From sequence record PQ850631.1: 64,000 nt of DNA, one strand, 5' to 3'. The stretch comes from Escherichia phage VerenaGrendelmeier_Bas101. A program made the translations under genes and the position numbers. This document shows, in pieces, positions 1 to 10,028 of the stretch (position 1 is the stretch's first letter; each line of letters opens with the position of its first letter). The notes under the pieces are model-generated. The model was not told the DNA's origin. It saw nothing but the letters and a program-made list of their open reading frames with translations, and ran no database searches.

Positions 1-1
1 C

Positions 2-781
2 CCATCCAACGCTATTGCGATGGCCTATCGTCGTGAGATGAAAGGTCTTTGCTATGCGATGATTGACGACTATCAAGCAGGAATTGCTGAGTGGCTTGAA
101 AAGAAGCAGGTGAAAAAGTTCTTTGCGCAAGACTCTGCTGATTCAACTTTTCAGACCTTGATGAAGCGCCTTCAACTGAAATGGGCAAAAGCATTCGCCC
201 GTGTTGGGTCAAAGATTGCTGCAGATTTCATCAAGTCAGTTGAAAAGGGTGCGACTTCTGCTACATTCGCAAGTCTTAAATCTGCAGGAATAGAAGCGCC
301 AAAAGCCACATATAATAAATTCGTTGAGAACACTCTTAAAACAAGCGAGACGTTCAACACGACTCTAGTGACTAAGGTTGGCGAGGATATTCACAACAGG
401 GTGTACGAAGCGGTGATGCTTTCGCTGACTTCGCCAGACCCAGCGCAGCAAGGCACATCCGGCATTCAGGCGGCACTAAGGAATGTAAAACAATTCTCTG
501 CAAAACGCGTAGACCTTATCGCCAAAGACCAAACGAGCAAACTTTATTGCGTATTAAGTGATGAAAGGATGCGACAGAATGGCGTTGAGGAATTTGAGTG
601 GGCGCATTCAGGAGCAGGCAAAGAGCCGCGAATATCACATGAGCACGTCGACGGCATGAGATTCAAGCTTGATGACAAACGCTTATGGGAAGTAGGTGGA
701 GAACTTAAGTTCAAAAAGGGTGACATCGGTCCTCCTGGATGGGCAATACACTGCAAGTGCAGAAAAATACCAATTATCTGA
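2..781 (+). CDS. head morphogenesis protein, MuF/SPP1 gp7-like (5'-partial at window edge)
   Basis: Frame is open from the window start. C-terminal motif HSGAGKEPRISHEHVDGMRF...PPGWAIHCKCR is typical of the Mu F head morphogenesis domain. Confidence 0.65.
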   Translation, partial: PSNAIAMAYRREMKGLCYAMIDDYQAGIAEWLEKKQVKKFFAQDSADSTFQTLMKRLQLKWAKAFARVGSKIAADFIKSVEKGATSATFASLKSAGIEAPKATYNKFVENTLKTSETFNTTLVTKVGEDIHNRVYEAVMLSLTSPDPAQQGTSGIQAALRNVKQFSAKRVDLIAKDQTSKLYCVLSDERMRQNGVEEFEWAHSGAGKEPRISHEHVDGMRFKLDDKRLWEVGGELKFKKGDIGPPGWAIHCKCRKIPII

Positions 782-788
782 GGTCATT

Positions 789-1709
789 ATGACGATACCA
801 ATCAACACATTCCCTCTATCTGGACAAACTCCAGTCTTGCCTGCGGTGTATGCTAATGGCTTGGCAATTGTCTCAGAATTCACTTCTGATAAAAACTTGA
901 TTGTTCCACTGAGCCCGCCGCTTGCATCAGGGTATAACTCAGTAGGTCAATTCTTTATGATTGGCAATGATGGCGATTCGACCAGCAAGCCTAACCTGAC
1001 ATTGTCTGTGCCTAAGATGAACATCACAGACGTTCAAACTGGCTTGACTGCATCAACAATCACCATTGCTTTTGGTGAAGCAGTGATCATAGGTATGGAG
1101 TCTGGAGGGTCGAAAAACGCTGTCGCAGTCAAAGTTGTGAAAACCAGCGGCAACCAATACACGTTACCAGCGGCAACAGCTTCCGTTCTTGGTGGCGTCA
1201 AAATAGGCACCGGAATAAGCGTAGCAGGTGATGGTACAATCAGCGTCACCCAATACTCATTGCCGATTGCCTCAGCATCTACTTTAGGCGGCGTAAAGGT
1301 CGGTACAACTCTATCAATTGATGGGTCTGGTGTGCTTAATGCAGCAGCAAGTACCGTCCAGAATGCCACTAATAGCGTCAGCAATCCTCCAACAACTTTG
1401 GTCAATCTGGCAACCTTAAACCTTCCTGCAGGGAAATGGCTTGTAACAGCAAGTCAGTTGACTGTCGCGACAGCAGGCGTTCAAGCGAATACCGGAATTA
1501 CAGTCAAATTGTCAACAAGCAATTCAGATATTACGGATGATGCATTTGCCATGTCAGCTGGAATTCGGGCTGCAGGTCGCTTCGGCGGCAACATCCCAAC
1601 AAAAGTAATTACTCTTGCCGCGCCTGGTAATGTGTATTTAAACTATCAGTGCACCGACGCGTTGACATCTACCGTTTACGGACAGATCACCGCAATTAAG
1701 CTGAACTAA
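789..1709 (+). CDS. structural protein with tandem fiber-like repeats
   Basis: GAGG RBS 5 nt upstream of ATG. Internal ~32-aa repeats (PAATASVLGGVKIGTGISVAGDGTISV / PIASASTLGGVKVGTTLSIDGSGVL) resemble fiber-type repeats. Confidence 0.55.
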   Translation: MTIPINTFPLSGQTPVLPAVYANGLAIVSEFTSDKNLIVPLSPPLASGYNSVGQFFMIGNDGDSTSKPNLTLSVPKMNITDVQTGLTASTITIAFGEAVIIGMESGGSKNAVAVKVVKTSGNQYTLPAATASVLGGVKIGTGISVAGDGTISVTQYSLPIASASTLGGVKVGTTLSIDGSGVLNAAASTVQNATNSVSNPPTTLVNLATLNLPAGKWLVTASQLTVATAGVQANTGITVKLSTSNSDITDDAFAMSAGIRAAGRFGGNIPTKVITLAAPGNVYLNYQCTDALTSTVYGQITAIKLN

Positions 1710-1719
1710 AGAGGAAGTT

Positions 1720-1857
1720 ATGCAAAAGATTATTCAGTCACGTTATGTTAAAGTGCGAAATATTAATTGCAACTCTTTGCTTTCTTGGAAATGGGCTGTT
1801 TATGACTCGATGTTGATTGGCGTTTTAGTGGCAGGAGTGCTATTTAATATTCACTGA
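1720..1857 (+). CDS. small hydrophobic protein (45 aa)
   Basis: ATG preceded by GAGGAAG RBS; C-terminal hydrophobic stretch MLIGVLVAGVLF. Below the ORF-track size cut-off. Confidence 0.3.
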   Translation: MQKIIQSRYVKVRNINCNSLLSWKWAVYDSMLIGVLVAGVLFNIH

Positions 1858-1890
1858 ATTCATCGGCAAAGGATTGCCGCGAGTTTTATA

Positions 1891-2160
1891 CGTATAATGA
1901 CGTATCATCCGTATCAAGTAAGTTGTTGTTTTCAAAAGAATCTTACGGATGATACGCGTTGCCGCCGTACCATATAGGAATTCAAATAAATTAATTTAAA
2001 ATTATATATCTAATTTAATTTTATTTTTTTATAAACTCTTATATATGAAAAGTATCCGTATCATCCGTATCATCCGTAGCACACCAGTGATAGCGCGACT
2101 TATACACCGATACGGATAAAAATACGCCTCATTTTATCCGTATCATCCGTATCACACTAA
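1891..2160. repeat. iteron-like region: at least 8 copies of the 9-10-mer TCATCCGTA(TCA), both orientations, flanking an AT-rich tract (1981-2050)
   Basis: Copies at 1905-1916, 1943-1953 (rc), 2052-2078 (three tandem), 2109-2118 (rc), 2135-2154. Shares blocks with 54327-54615. Confidence 0.7.
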
Positions 2161-2211
2161 TAAAGGCGCGGCTATATCGGTTGTTATACATATTCAAACC
2201 ATAATTATTGT

Positions 2212-2240
2212 TTGCCTAAGTTTTTTTCATTAGATATAAT
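2212..2240 (+). promoter_or_regulatory. sigma70-like promoter TTGCCT-17-TATAAT for the structural operon
   Basis: -35 at 2212-2217, 17-bp spacer, -10 at 2235-2240, about 25 nt upstream of the 2264 start. Confidence 0.4.
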
Positions 2241-2263
2241 ACACAATACTTATTTGAGGGTGG

Positions 2264-3685
2264 ATGCGAATGCAAACGGCACGCGAAATTGACAAAAATG
2301 GATTCTTGACGATTATGGGTTGTCCAATTTCGTCATTTGGCATTTTTGATTATTCTGCTGGTCAAGTTGGTCTTGATGGTGATCCGAATCGCATCGTAAA
2401 AGTCTATCGCCCTGAGTCAGCGGTGAAAGACCCCGAAGCGATAGATTCATTCAAAAATATCCCTTTCATCGACAATCACGAAATGCTTTCTGGATTTGAA
2501 GGTGATGAGGATAACACGGCACCCGAAGAGTATGGTGTCGATGGCGTTCTAACTGGCAATGTTTATTATGACAAGCCATGGATGCGCGGCGACCTTAAAG
2601 TGTTCAGCCGTCGTCTTAAGAAGGCCATTGATTCTGGAAAGGTTGACTTGTCTTTGGGCTATGACTGTGAATTCATCATACAGTCTGGAGAGTTTGACGG
2701 GCAGCCGTATGAAGTGGTGCAGACAACTCTTCGCGGCAACCACATTGCTCTCGTGGACGTTGGTCGAGTACCAGGTGCACGGGTGCTGGATGGTCGTTGC
2801 TTTGACCATCTTTGTTTGACGACTGTAACACCATCCAACGAGGATTTAGACATGCCAAAACCGTTAAAAGGTAAAGCGCGTGATAATGCTGTTGAACAGC
2901 TGAAATCACTGATCCCTGCGCTCGAACAATTTCTGAATGAAGAGAGTGCTGAAGCTGCTCATCAGGACGAAGTTGAAGTGAAAGCAGAAGAGAAGGACTC
3001 AACCGAAAATCGTGAAGAAGTAATGGTTGATCCAGAAGTCAAGGCAGAAGCAGAAGAAACCCCAGAAGGTGAAGAGAAGTTTGAAGTTGAAACTGAATCT
3101 CACGCTGACGGCGAACTTCCGCAATTGATCAGCCAAATCGAAGCACTTATTGCAAAACTGAAAGGTGGCGCGGTAGGTGATGAAGAAGAAGTTGAAGCCG
3201 AAGTCAAAGACGAAGAAGAAGTTGAAGTCAAGGCTGAAGATGTATCACCTTGCGACAAAGCTGAAGATGTGGTTAGCGGCCTGCAAAACAGCAACGTAAA
3301 GGGGGCTTCGGTCGAAAAAGATGACAAACCGACAAAAGCGGCGAAAGCGTCGCCAGGTCCAGCAAAAGGGGAACACTCAATGGCATCTGATTCAGCAGTT
3401 GCTGCTTTCTACGCTGATTCTGCTCGTAAGAATAGCCTCTACCAGCGCCTGTCTAAAGTTGTTGGTGCCTTTGATCATGCAACTATGGACTCCAAGTCCG
3501 TAGCGAAATATGGCGCTAAAAAGTTAGGCTTGAAGTGCGTTGATGGTGCTGAGTTTGACGTGGTGGATAATTATCTGCGCGGCGTTGAGCACGGTCAAAA
3601 ACAGCGTGTAGTCGCAAAACAAAAGGCCGCTGCGGATTCTGCAGCAACTGACGAAGCATTTGAAGCTTGGTTGAAAGGGGAATAA
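2264..3685 (+). CDS. capsid maturation protease / scaffolding-like protein (DUF2213-like N-terminal domain, acidic repeat C-terminal half)
   Basis: N-terminal 200 aa resemble phage prohead protease-like domains. C-terminal half is highly acidic with tandem EEEVEAEVKDEEEVEVKAED repeats. An in-frame ATG at 2270 has better RBS spacing. Confidence 0.5.
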   Translation: MRMQTAREIDKNGFLTIMGCPISSFGIFDYSAGQVGLDGDPNRIVKVYRPESAVKDPEAIDSFKNIPFIDNHEMLSGFEGDEDNTAPEEYGVDGVLTGNVYYDKPWMRGDLKVFSRRLKKAIDSGKVDLSLGYDCEFIIQSGEFDGQPYEVVQTTLRGNHIALVDVGRVPGARVLDGRCFDHLCLTTVTPSNEDLDMPKPLKGKARDNAVEQLKSLIPALEQFLNEESAEAAHQDEVEVKAEEKDSTENREEVMVDPEVKAEAEETPEGEEKFEVETESHADGELPQLISQIEALIAKLKGGAVGDEEEVEAEVKDEEEVEVKAEDVSPCDKAEDVVSGLQNSNVKGASVEKDDKPTKAAKASPGPAKGEHSMASDSAVAAFYADSARKNSLYQRLSKVVGAFDHATMDSKSVAKYGAKKLGLKCVDGAEFDVVDNYLRGVEHGQKQRVVAKQKAAADSAATDEAFEAWLKGE

Positions 3686-3687
3686 AC

Positions 3688-4305
3688 ATGATTTTCCAAA
3701 CTAGTGTAGGCCGTCAATATACAACTGGCTTTCCTGGCGACATCGTTCGCGACGGCCCACAGCGTGGGAAGCCAGGCCGAATCGTTAGCGCCAACGACGG
3801 TGCAAACGTAAACGCCATCAGCCGTGTGTTTGGTTTTAAGGCTGACGTGTCATTAATGGGTACTGGCCAAACCAAAACCTTGGGCGCGCAGGACTTTGAA
3901 GTTGAACTGGGCGGCACCAATTACTATGGCATCCTTGGCAACAGCAAGCGTTACGCTCTGTATGGCAACTCTACTGGTCCTTTGGGTGCCAGCATGGTTC
4001 TGCCTCAATATAGCGAAGGCGAGTTCTATGATATGTGCACGGGCCTCGTAGTTGAAGTATTCAACCCAAGCACCAGTCCGCAGACGCTGAACTACGGCGA
4101 CCTGCTCGCTTATGTACCTAAAGGCATTTCCAGCGGTAACAACCCGAACAACTTGCCTATCGGTGCAATTATCGCCTATACTGGCTCACTGCCAACTGGC
4201 ATGGTTGCCATTCCAGGCGGTATCGTGATTGACCCGACTGCTATTGCCCTTTCCGGCCCAAGCGTCCAGTCTTCCACTTATACCATTGTACAATTGACTC
4301 GTTAA
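3688..4305 (+). CDS. head protein of unknown function (possible decoration/cement protein)
   Basis: AAGGGG RBS then ATG at 3688; lies between protease/scaffold and major capsid genes. Confidence 0.4.
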   Translation: MIFQTSVGRQYTTGFPGDIVRDGPQRGKPGRIVSANDGANVNAISRVFGFKADVSLMGTGQTKTLGAQDFEVELGGTNYYGILGNSKRYALYGNSTGPLGASMVLPQYSEGEFYDMCTGLVVEVFNPSTSPQTLNYGDLLAYVPKGISSGNNPNNLPIGAIIAYTGSLPTGMVAIPGGIVIDPTAIALSGPSVQSSTYTIVQLTR

Positions 4306-4319
4306 TAGGCAGGTGAATA

Positions 4320-5459
4320 ATGACTCGCATTAGCCAAACACACTCTCGCCTCCCAGCGAGCAAGGTGCGCCCTTTTGATATGCAATCCGTTACTGACGCG
4401 GCTGTTTCCCAGCTTGCTCGTATCGGTATTGTGTTTGATTCCGCGATTGTGCGTGATCAGATTGAGCACTTAAACCGTGCAGGCGCTTTCCGCGTAGGTG
4501 ACGCCGCGTTTACTGCGCCGCAGACTACTCCGTCAATCCCGACCCCGTTGCAATTCCTGCAGCAGTGGCTGCCTGGCTTCGTCAAAATCATGACCGCTGC
4601 TCGTAAAATCGACGAGCTGGTTGGTATTGATACCGTTGGTCAGTGGGAAGATGCAGAAATCGTTCAGGGCATCGTTGAACCAGCTGGCACCGCAGTTGAA
4701 TATGGTGATTTCACATCTATTCCTCTGGCAAGCTGGAACGTAAACTTTGAACGTCGTTCTATCGTTCGTGGCGAAATGGGCATGGCAGTTGGTATGCTGG
4801 AAGAAGGCCGCGCATCCGCTATGCGTCTGAACTCCGCAGAAACCAAGCGCCAGCAGGCTGCTGTATCTCTGGAAATCATGCGTAACGCAATCGGCTTCTA
4901 TGGTTGGTACAACGGGAACAACCGCACATTCGGCTTCCTGAATGATCCAAACCTGCCAGCAGCGATGACTTCCAACACCACTTCCGGCTGGGCTACTGCG
5001 ACTTTCCAACAGGTAACTGCAGACATCCGTTTGATGGTTCGTCAAATTCGTGTGAACTCTCAGGACCAGATTGATCCAGAGAAAGTTGACATGACTCTGG
5101 CGCTGCCGACTAACTCTATCGATTGGCTGTCCAACACCACTGACTTCGGTATTTCTGTACGTGACTGGATCACCCAGACTTATCCGAAGATGAAGATCAA
5201 ATCTGCACCGGAACTCAACGGCGCACTTGGCAGTGACCCGACTTTCTTGAACGTGGCATACCTGTACGCCGATCACATCGATTCCTCAATCGATGGTTCA
5301 AGCGATGATGGTTCCGTATTCAGTCAGCTGGTTCAAACCAAGTTCATGACTCTGGGCGTTGAAAAGCGTGCTAAGAGCTACGTTGAAGACTACGCAAACG
5401 CAACAGCAGGCGTTCTGCTCAAGCGTCCGTTCGCAGTCGTCCGTATGACTGGTATTTAA
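4320..5459 (+). CDS. major capsid protein
   Basis: 379 aa, position after scaffold, strongly optimised codon usage, followed by a hairpin; resembles the DUF2184-type capsid family. Confidence 0.7.
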   Translation: MTRISQTHSRLPASKVRPFDMQSVTDAAVSQLARIGIVFDSAIVRDQIEHLNRAGAFRVGDAAFTAPQTTPSIPTPLQFLQQWLPGFVKIMTAARKIDELVGIDTVGQWEDAEIVQGIVEPAGTAVEYGDFTSIPLASWNVNFERRSIVRGEMGMAVGMLEEGRASAMRLNSAETKRQQAAVSLEIMRNAIGFYGWYNGNNRTFGFLNDPNLPAAMTSNTTSGWATATFQQVTADIRLMVRQIRVNSQDQIDPEKVDMTLALPTNSIDWLSNTTDFGISVRDWITQTYPKMKIKSAPELNGALGSDPTFLNVAYLYADHIDSSIDGSSDDGSVFSQLVQTKFMTLGVEKRAKSYVEDYANATAGVLLKRPFAVVRMTGI

Positions 5460-5486
5460 TTGCTGTGATTACACAGTAAAACACAT

Positions 5487-5512
5487 GGGGCGTGGTCGAA
5501 AGGCTTCGCCCC
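5487..5512 (+). terminator. GC-rich hairpin after capsid gene (attenuator/terminator)
   Basis: GGGGCG...CGCCCC stem at 5487-5512; weak U-tract. Confidence 0.4.
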
Positions 5513-5574
5513 ATATCAATAGACCTCAAGGGCTGTAGGGGCTTATCTGAGGCTTATATAAATAGGACTACAAA

Positions 5575-6039
5575 ATGTCAAAATACATCGTTTCAACTAT
5601 GTCTATGTCAGTTAACTACACTTTCTATACGGAAGTGAAAGAAAACCCGAATGCAAAAGCTGGTTCAGGCGCTCTTCCAAATATTCGCAAACAGATTCTA
5701 ATCAAGGGCGGCGCTGGTCTTACTTCAGCAACTTCCGGCTTTGGTGAAATGGCAAAAGGCGCTGACGGTGCACCTTTGTGGACTCCTGAAGGAATCGTCA
5801 CCGTTGTAAGCGATGCAGATTTTGAGCATCTGAAAGATCATCACGTGTTTAAGCAGCATCTTGAAAAAGGTTTGGTGAAAGTCGTAAATCACGACATTGT
5901 TGGCAACCACAAAGCCGTCGCTAAAGAAGTTCGCAGCATGTCAGACGACCCGTTTGCGCCTATGACGCGCGAAACTGCTGACAAGCGCATCAAGGTAAAA
6001 TTGAGCGGCGACCAAGAAGATGATTTGTTCCGCGTTTAA
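5575..6039 (+). CDS. hypothetical structural protein
   Basis: ORF with ATG start in the structural operon. Confidence 0.45.
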   Translation: MSKYIVSTMSMSVNYTFYTEVKENPNAKAGSGALPNIRKQILIKGGAGLTSATSGFGEMAKGADGAPLWTPEGIVTVVSDADFEHLKDHHVFKQHLEKGLVKVVNHDIVGNHKAVAKEVRSMSDDPFAPMTRETADKRIKVKLSGDQEDDLFRV

Positions 6040-6053
6040 ATAAGGTGAATGCC

Positions 6054-6509
6054 ATGTCATTAGATTACGAAAAGTTCAGAATTAAATTTCCACAGTTTGC
6101 TGATCAGGTTAAATTCCCTGACACAACACTTCAAGTATTCTATGACATGGCATGTGAATTTATTGAATCACAAGACAGTCCTTGTCGTGTTTTAAATGGC
6201 AGTAAATTGGAGCTGGCATTGGAATATATGACGGCTCATCTTTTATGCATAGCCGCAGACCAACAAGTGTCTGTGTCTTCTGGTGACGGAGTTGAACAAG
6301 GCGGCTTCGTGACTGGCGCAACAATTGGTGACATCACAGTGAACAAAGTCGCGCCGCCTGCGAGTGATGGCTGGGAATACTGGCTATCAAGCACTCCATA
6401 TGGCATGGCGCTGTGGGCGCTTCTTCAAGCACTGGCCGTTGGCGGCTTGTCATTCGGCGGTCTTCCAGAGCGTGAAGGATTCCGTAAAATTGGTGGGGTA
6501 TTCTGGTGA
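6054..6509 (+). CDS. head-tail connector-like protein (DUF4054-like)
   Basis: AAGGTG RBS 6 nt before ATG at 6054; size and position fit. Confidence 0.4.
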   Translation: MSLDYEKFRIKFPQFADQVKFPDTTLQVFYDMACEFIESQDSPCRVLNGSKLELALEYMTAHLLCIAADQQVSVSSGDGVEQGGFVTGATIGDITVNKVAPPASDGWEYWLSSTPYGMALWALLQALAVGGLSFGGLPEREGFRKIGGVFW

Positions 6510-6892
6510 GGATTCCTGGCGTAAACTTATATCGAGTTGCGACAAAGGTTATCGGTCGCCAACCGATTCAATATTACATGTACAAGGGGCGCACCCTTGA
6601 TAAGATGCGCAACTATGTCACTACATATGAAGAACCAATCACTTTACTTGCTTCGGTGCAGGCTGTACTTCGAAACCAATACGTTGAGCTTGGATTAGAG
6701 CTTCAAAAGAACTATGTCAAAATCTGGGTGGACAAAGACATTGTTGACCTTGACCGCGACGCTTCCGGCGACTATTTTGTGTTTGGTGGCAAAACGTACA
6801 AGATGGAAGATGAAACGACATGGTTTGACCAAGATGGTTGGACGTCTTGCCTTGCCGTGGAAGTAAAACAAAGCTTTCCAGTGTCTACTTGA
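6506..6892 (+). CDS. hypothetical structural protein
   Basis: GTG start overlapping upstream stop (GTGA), suggesting translational coupling. Confidence 0.4.
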   Translation: MRIPGVNLYRVATKVIGRQPIQYYMYKGRTLDKMRNYVTTYEEPITLLASVQAVLRNQYVELGLELQKNYVKIWVDKDIVDLDRDASGDYFVFGGKTYKMEDETTWFDQDGWTSCLAVEVKQSFPVST

Positions 6893-6899
6893 GGTGTAT

Positions 6900-7475
6900 A
6901 TGACAGATGTCGACCTGATTGACATGCTGGCAACGCGAATTGAAGAAGGTCTGGCGGCGTATAGTCGTGCAGACCTTTCTGCTGTTCCGGTCCAGAAAAA
7001 ATACCAACCGACTCAACAGGGCATTCCGACTGGTGATCAGATTTGGTTTAACCTTTTATTCTCAGTTCCATTTGGTTGGTCGATGAGAAAGAATGAATTT
7101 GTCAATGATGAATCTCAATTCGTTAATGGCAAATTTAAAGATATTGAAGATCAGATATACGCAACACGTTTTCAAATTAGCGGTTTATTTCCAGAAGTCC
7201 CTGGCGATCCAGAAAAGCCTACGGCTAATGACGTTTTGACTTATTTAGCAAGATTCATAACCCACAAGGCTAATTTGAGAGATTGGTTTAAAAAGCATCA
7301 AGCTTCAGTATATAGAGTCGACATGAACAACAATGAAAAGTTCTATGACGACATGTCGCAATTTGAATCGTTTCCTTCTTTTGATTTGGTAATCCTTCAC
7401 AGAAACGCAATTTCAATTGACACGCCTGCTGTTGCAAGAGCTGTTAATAACGATTTAGGCGATATTCCGGTGTGA
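6900..7475 (+). CDS. hypothetical structural protein
   Basis: GAGG RBS then ATG at 6900. Confidence 0.45.
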   Translation: MTDVDLIDMLATRIEEGLAAYSRADLSAVPVQKKYQPTQQGIPTGDQIWFNLLFSVPFGWSMRKNEFVNDESQFVNGKFKDIEDQIYATRFQISGLFPEVPGDPEKPTANDVLTYLARFITHKANLRDWFKKHQASVYRVDMNNNEKFYDDMSQFESFPSFDLVILHRNAISIDTPAVARAVNNDLGDIPV

Positions 7476-7476
7476 T

Positions 7477-7962
7477 ATGACAAAATCAAAAATGATAGAA
7501 AAACAGATAAAGGCGCTTCAATCGATGAAGGGTCTTACTGTAGAGGCAGGATGGTTTGATTCTACCAGATACCCTTCAGAAACTGGTGGAGAAGGGATGT
7601 TGGTGTCAGAAGTCGCGCGGCTTAATGAATTTGGTCACATAGCCGTTTTGAACTTTGGACAAGGTCCAGTCAGGGTAGAAGTGCCACCCAGACCATTCAT
7701 GAGATATGCCTATGAATTATTCGTTAGTGAGCGCAGTGAAATAGAGAATAAAATTGCTAAAAAGATTTTTTCCGGTAAAATAGACGCTAGACAGGCATTA
7801 GGTCAGATTGGGCTTGCGATGGAAGCAAAGATTGTCGAATCAATTAAAAACGGACCGTGGCAGCCAAACGCCAGATATACTGTACGTGTGAAGGGATTCG
7901 ACAAACCTTTGATTCACACCAGCCTCATGTGGCAATCTGTCAGCAGCCAAGTCATTAAATAA
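7477..7962 (+). CDS. hypothetical structural protein (possible tail completion/neck)
   Basis: ATG start, tight packing. Confidence 0.4.
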   Translation: MTKSKMIEKQIKALQSMKGLTVEAGWFDSTRYPSETGGEGMLVSEVARLNEFGHIAVLNFGQGPVRVEVPPRPFMRYAYELFVSERSEIENKIAKKIFSGKIDARQALGQIGLAMEAKIVESIKNGPWQPNARYTVRVKGFDKPLIHTSLMWQSVSSQVIK

Positions 7963-7974
7963 GAGGACACCGAC

Positions 7975-9513
7975 GTGATCAGTCAATCTCGTTATATTAA
8001 AATTGTATCAGGGGTCGGAGCAGGCGCGGCTGTTGCAGTTCGCAAACTGTCGCTTCGCATCATGACTTCCAATACAGTCCTGCCGCCGGGCATTGTAGCA
8101 GAATTTTCAACTGCTGATGCCGTTGGATCATATTTCGGTTTTTCTTCCGAAGAATACAAGCGTGCAGCATTGTATTTTGGATTCATCAGCAAGCAAATCA
8201 ACTCGCCTGATTCAATCAGCTTTTCTCGCGTTGTATCCACGGCGATTCCTGCAATGGTTATCGGCGATACTGAGCCTAAAACGCTTGCTACTTTTCAGGC
8301 ATTCACTGGCGCTATCTTAAGCATCACTTATGACGGCACAGACTACCTGACTGACGCCATCAACCTTTCAGCGGCAACAAGCCTTGCCAACGTAGCGGAA
8401 CTTTTGGAAACGGCAATCAACACCAAGTTTGCAGCCGAAGGTGGCACGTCGGTGCCTGCACTTGCTGATGCAGAAGTGTATTGGAATGCCAACACCCAGC
8501 AGTTCACTTTGGAAGCCGCTACGTCGACCGCTGGTGCTGGAAACCTTTCGATTAACGTCACAGGTCAACCGACAGACCCATCTCAGGCGCTTGGTTGGAC
8601 GACTACTGGCACCGTTACGGTTGCTGGCCAGGGTGTAGCAAGTCCGGTAGAAGCCATCGCGGCATCTGTGGAGATTTCCAACAACTTTGGCTCATTCCTT
8701 TTCGCTGGAGCAGACCGAACGCTGGAAGAAATCACAGCCGTTGCAGCTTGGACTCACTCGCAGAACAATATGTACATGTATCTGTTCTCGACTGCATTCG
8801 CCAACATTGGCTCATACTATACCGCACTGAAAGGTTACTCAGGCGTTGGTATGATGATCCGTGCAACCAACCTTGCGAATGATTACATCGACCAGGCACC
8901 TGCTGAAATTCTCGCGGCGACAAACTATAATACTGTAAATGCAACTCAAAACTACATGTACTATCAGTTTGACACGCGAAATGTTACTGTATCGACTGAT
9001 TCACGCGCAGATACTGCTGATCAAAACCGTGCAAACTATATCGGCGCTACTCAGCAAGCTGGTCAAACGCTCGCGTTCTTCCAGCGTGGTGTTCTGATGG
9101 GCGGGTCTACCGCAGCAGTTGACATGAACACTTATGCCAACGAGATGTGGCTTAAATCTGCTATTACTTCTCAGCTGTTCAGCATGTTCTTGAATCTTGG
9201 TCGCGTGCCTGCAAACGAAGAAGGCAAAGCGACTGTCCAAGCCATGATTCAAGTTGCTGTTGACAATGCGAAGGTTAACGGCACCATCTCTGTCGGTAAG
9301 GCGCTGACGGAAATTCAGAAACAGTACATCACGCAAACCTCCGGTGACAACACTGCTTGGCGGCAGGTTGAGACTATCGGTTATTGGTTGACTGTCGATT
9401 TTGACACTGAAACCACTTCCGATAACCGCACCGAATACTATGCAACATACACGCTAATCTACTCTAAAGATGATGCTGTGCGTCGCGTTGAAGGTCGTGA
9501 CGTTCTTATTTAA
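7975..9513 (+). CDS. tail sheath-like protein (DUF3383-like)
   Basis: 512 aa, immediately upstream of tube-like gene; AAGAGGA RBS then GTG. Confidence 0.5.
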   Translation: MISQSRYIKIVSGVGAGAAVAVRKLSLRIMTSNTVLPPGIVAEFSTADAVGSYFGFSSEEYKRAALYFGFISKQINSPDSISFSRVVSTAIPAMVIGDTEPKTLATFQAFTGAILSITYDGTDYLTDAINLSAATSLANVAELLETAINTKFAAEGGTSVPALADAEVYWNANTQQFTLEAATSTAGAGNLSINVTGQPTDPSQALGWTTTGTVTVAGQGVASPVEAIAASVEISNNFGSFLFAGADRTLEEITAVAAWTHSQNNMYMYLFSTAFANIGSYYTALKGYSGVGMMIRATNLANDYIDQAPAEILAATNYNTVNATQNYMYYQFDTRNVTVSTDSRADTADQNRANYIGATQQAGQTLAFFQRGVLMGGSTAAVDMNTYANEMWLKSAITSQLFSMFLNLGRVPANEEGKATVQAMIQVAVDNAKVNGTISVGKALTEIQKQYITQTSGDNTAWRQVETIGYWLTVDFDTETTSDNRTEYYATYTLIYSKDDAVRRVEGRDVLI

Positions 9514-9560
9514 ATAATTGCCGCCGTAACTGGCGGCCATCTCTCTGAGAGGAATCTGTA

Positions 9561-10028
9561 ATGATTAACGTTTCCGGTTTTGGCGCTTCGATTCGTTTGG
9601 TAGCATCAAACACTTTCCCTAATGGTGTGACCCTTTCTGATTTTGCAGATGATGCTGATCCGATTGACGCGCCGGACCTGCAAATCTCTGAGGCTGCAAT
9701 GGGCCTTAACGGTGACTTAGTAGTGTGGAACCGTGCAAACCCGCTTGAAGTAGGTGTGAACATCATCCCTACTTCTGAAAGTGATGTTAACTTGGACGTT
9801 CTTGCAGCTGCAAACCGCGTAGGCAAGCGCAAGAACTCCGCAAAAGACGTGATCACACTTGTGCTGACTTATCCTTCTGGAATGGTTATCACGCTAAACA
9901 AAGGCACCTTGACAACTGGTTCAGTAATTCCTGGCATCCAGTCTCAAGGTCGTGTGAAAACACGTCAATATCGCTTCAAGTTTGAGAACGTAGTCAAAAC
10001 TGGCGTGAGCAACCAAGAGATTTTATAA
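9561..10028 (+). CDS. tail tube-like protein
   Basis: 155 aa directly after sheath-like gene; N-terminus MINVSGFGASIRLVA; paralog of 10979-11476. Confidence 0.5.
   Translation: MINVSGFGASIRLVASNTFPNGVTLSDFADDADPIDAPDLQISEAAMGLNGDLVVWNRANPLEVGVNIIPTSESDVNLDVLAAANRVGKRKNSAKDVITLVLTYPSGMVITLNKGTLTTGSVIPGIQSQGRVKTRQYRFKFENVVKTGVSNQEIL

Noticed and set aside
4533-5276. 247-aa ORF antisense to the major capsid gene
   Set aside because: Fully overlaps a strongly codon-optimised gene on the opposite strand.
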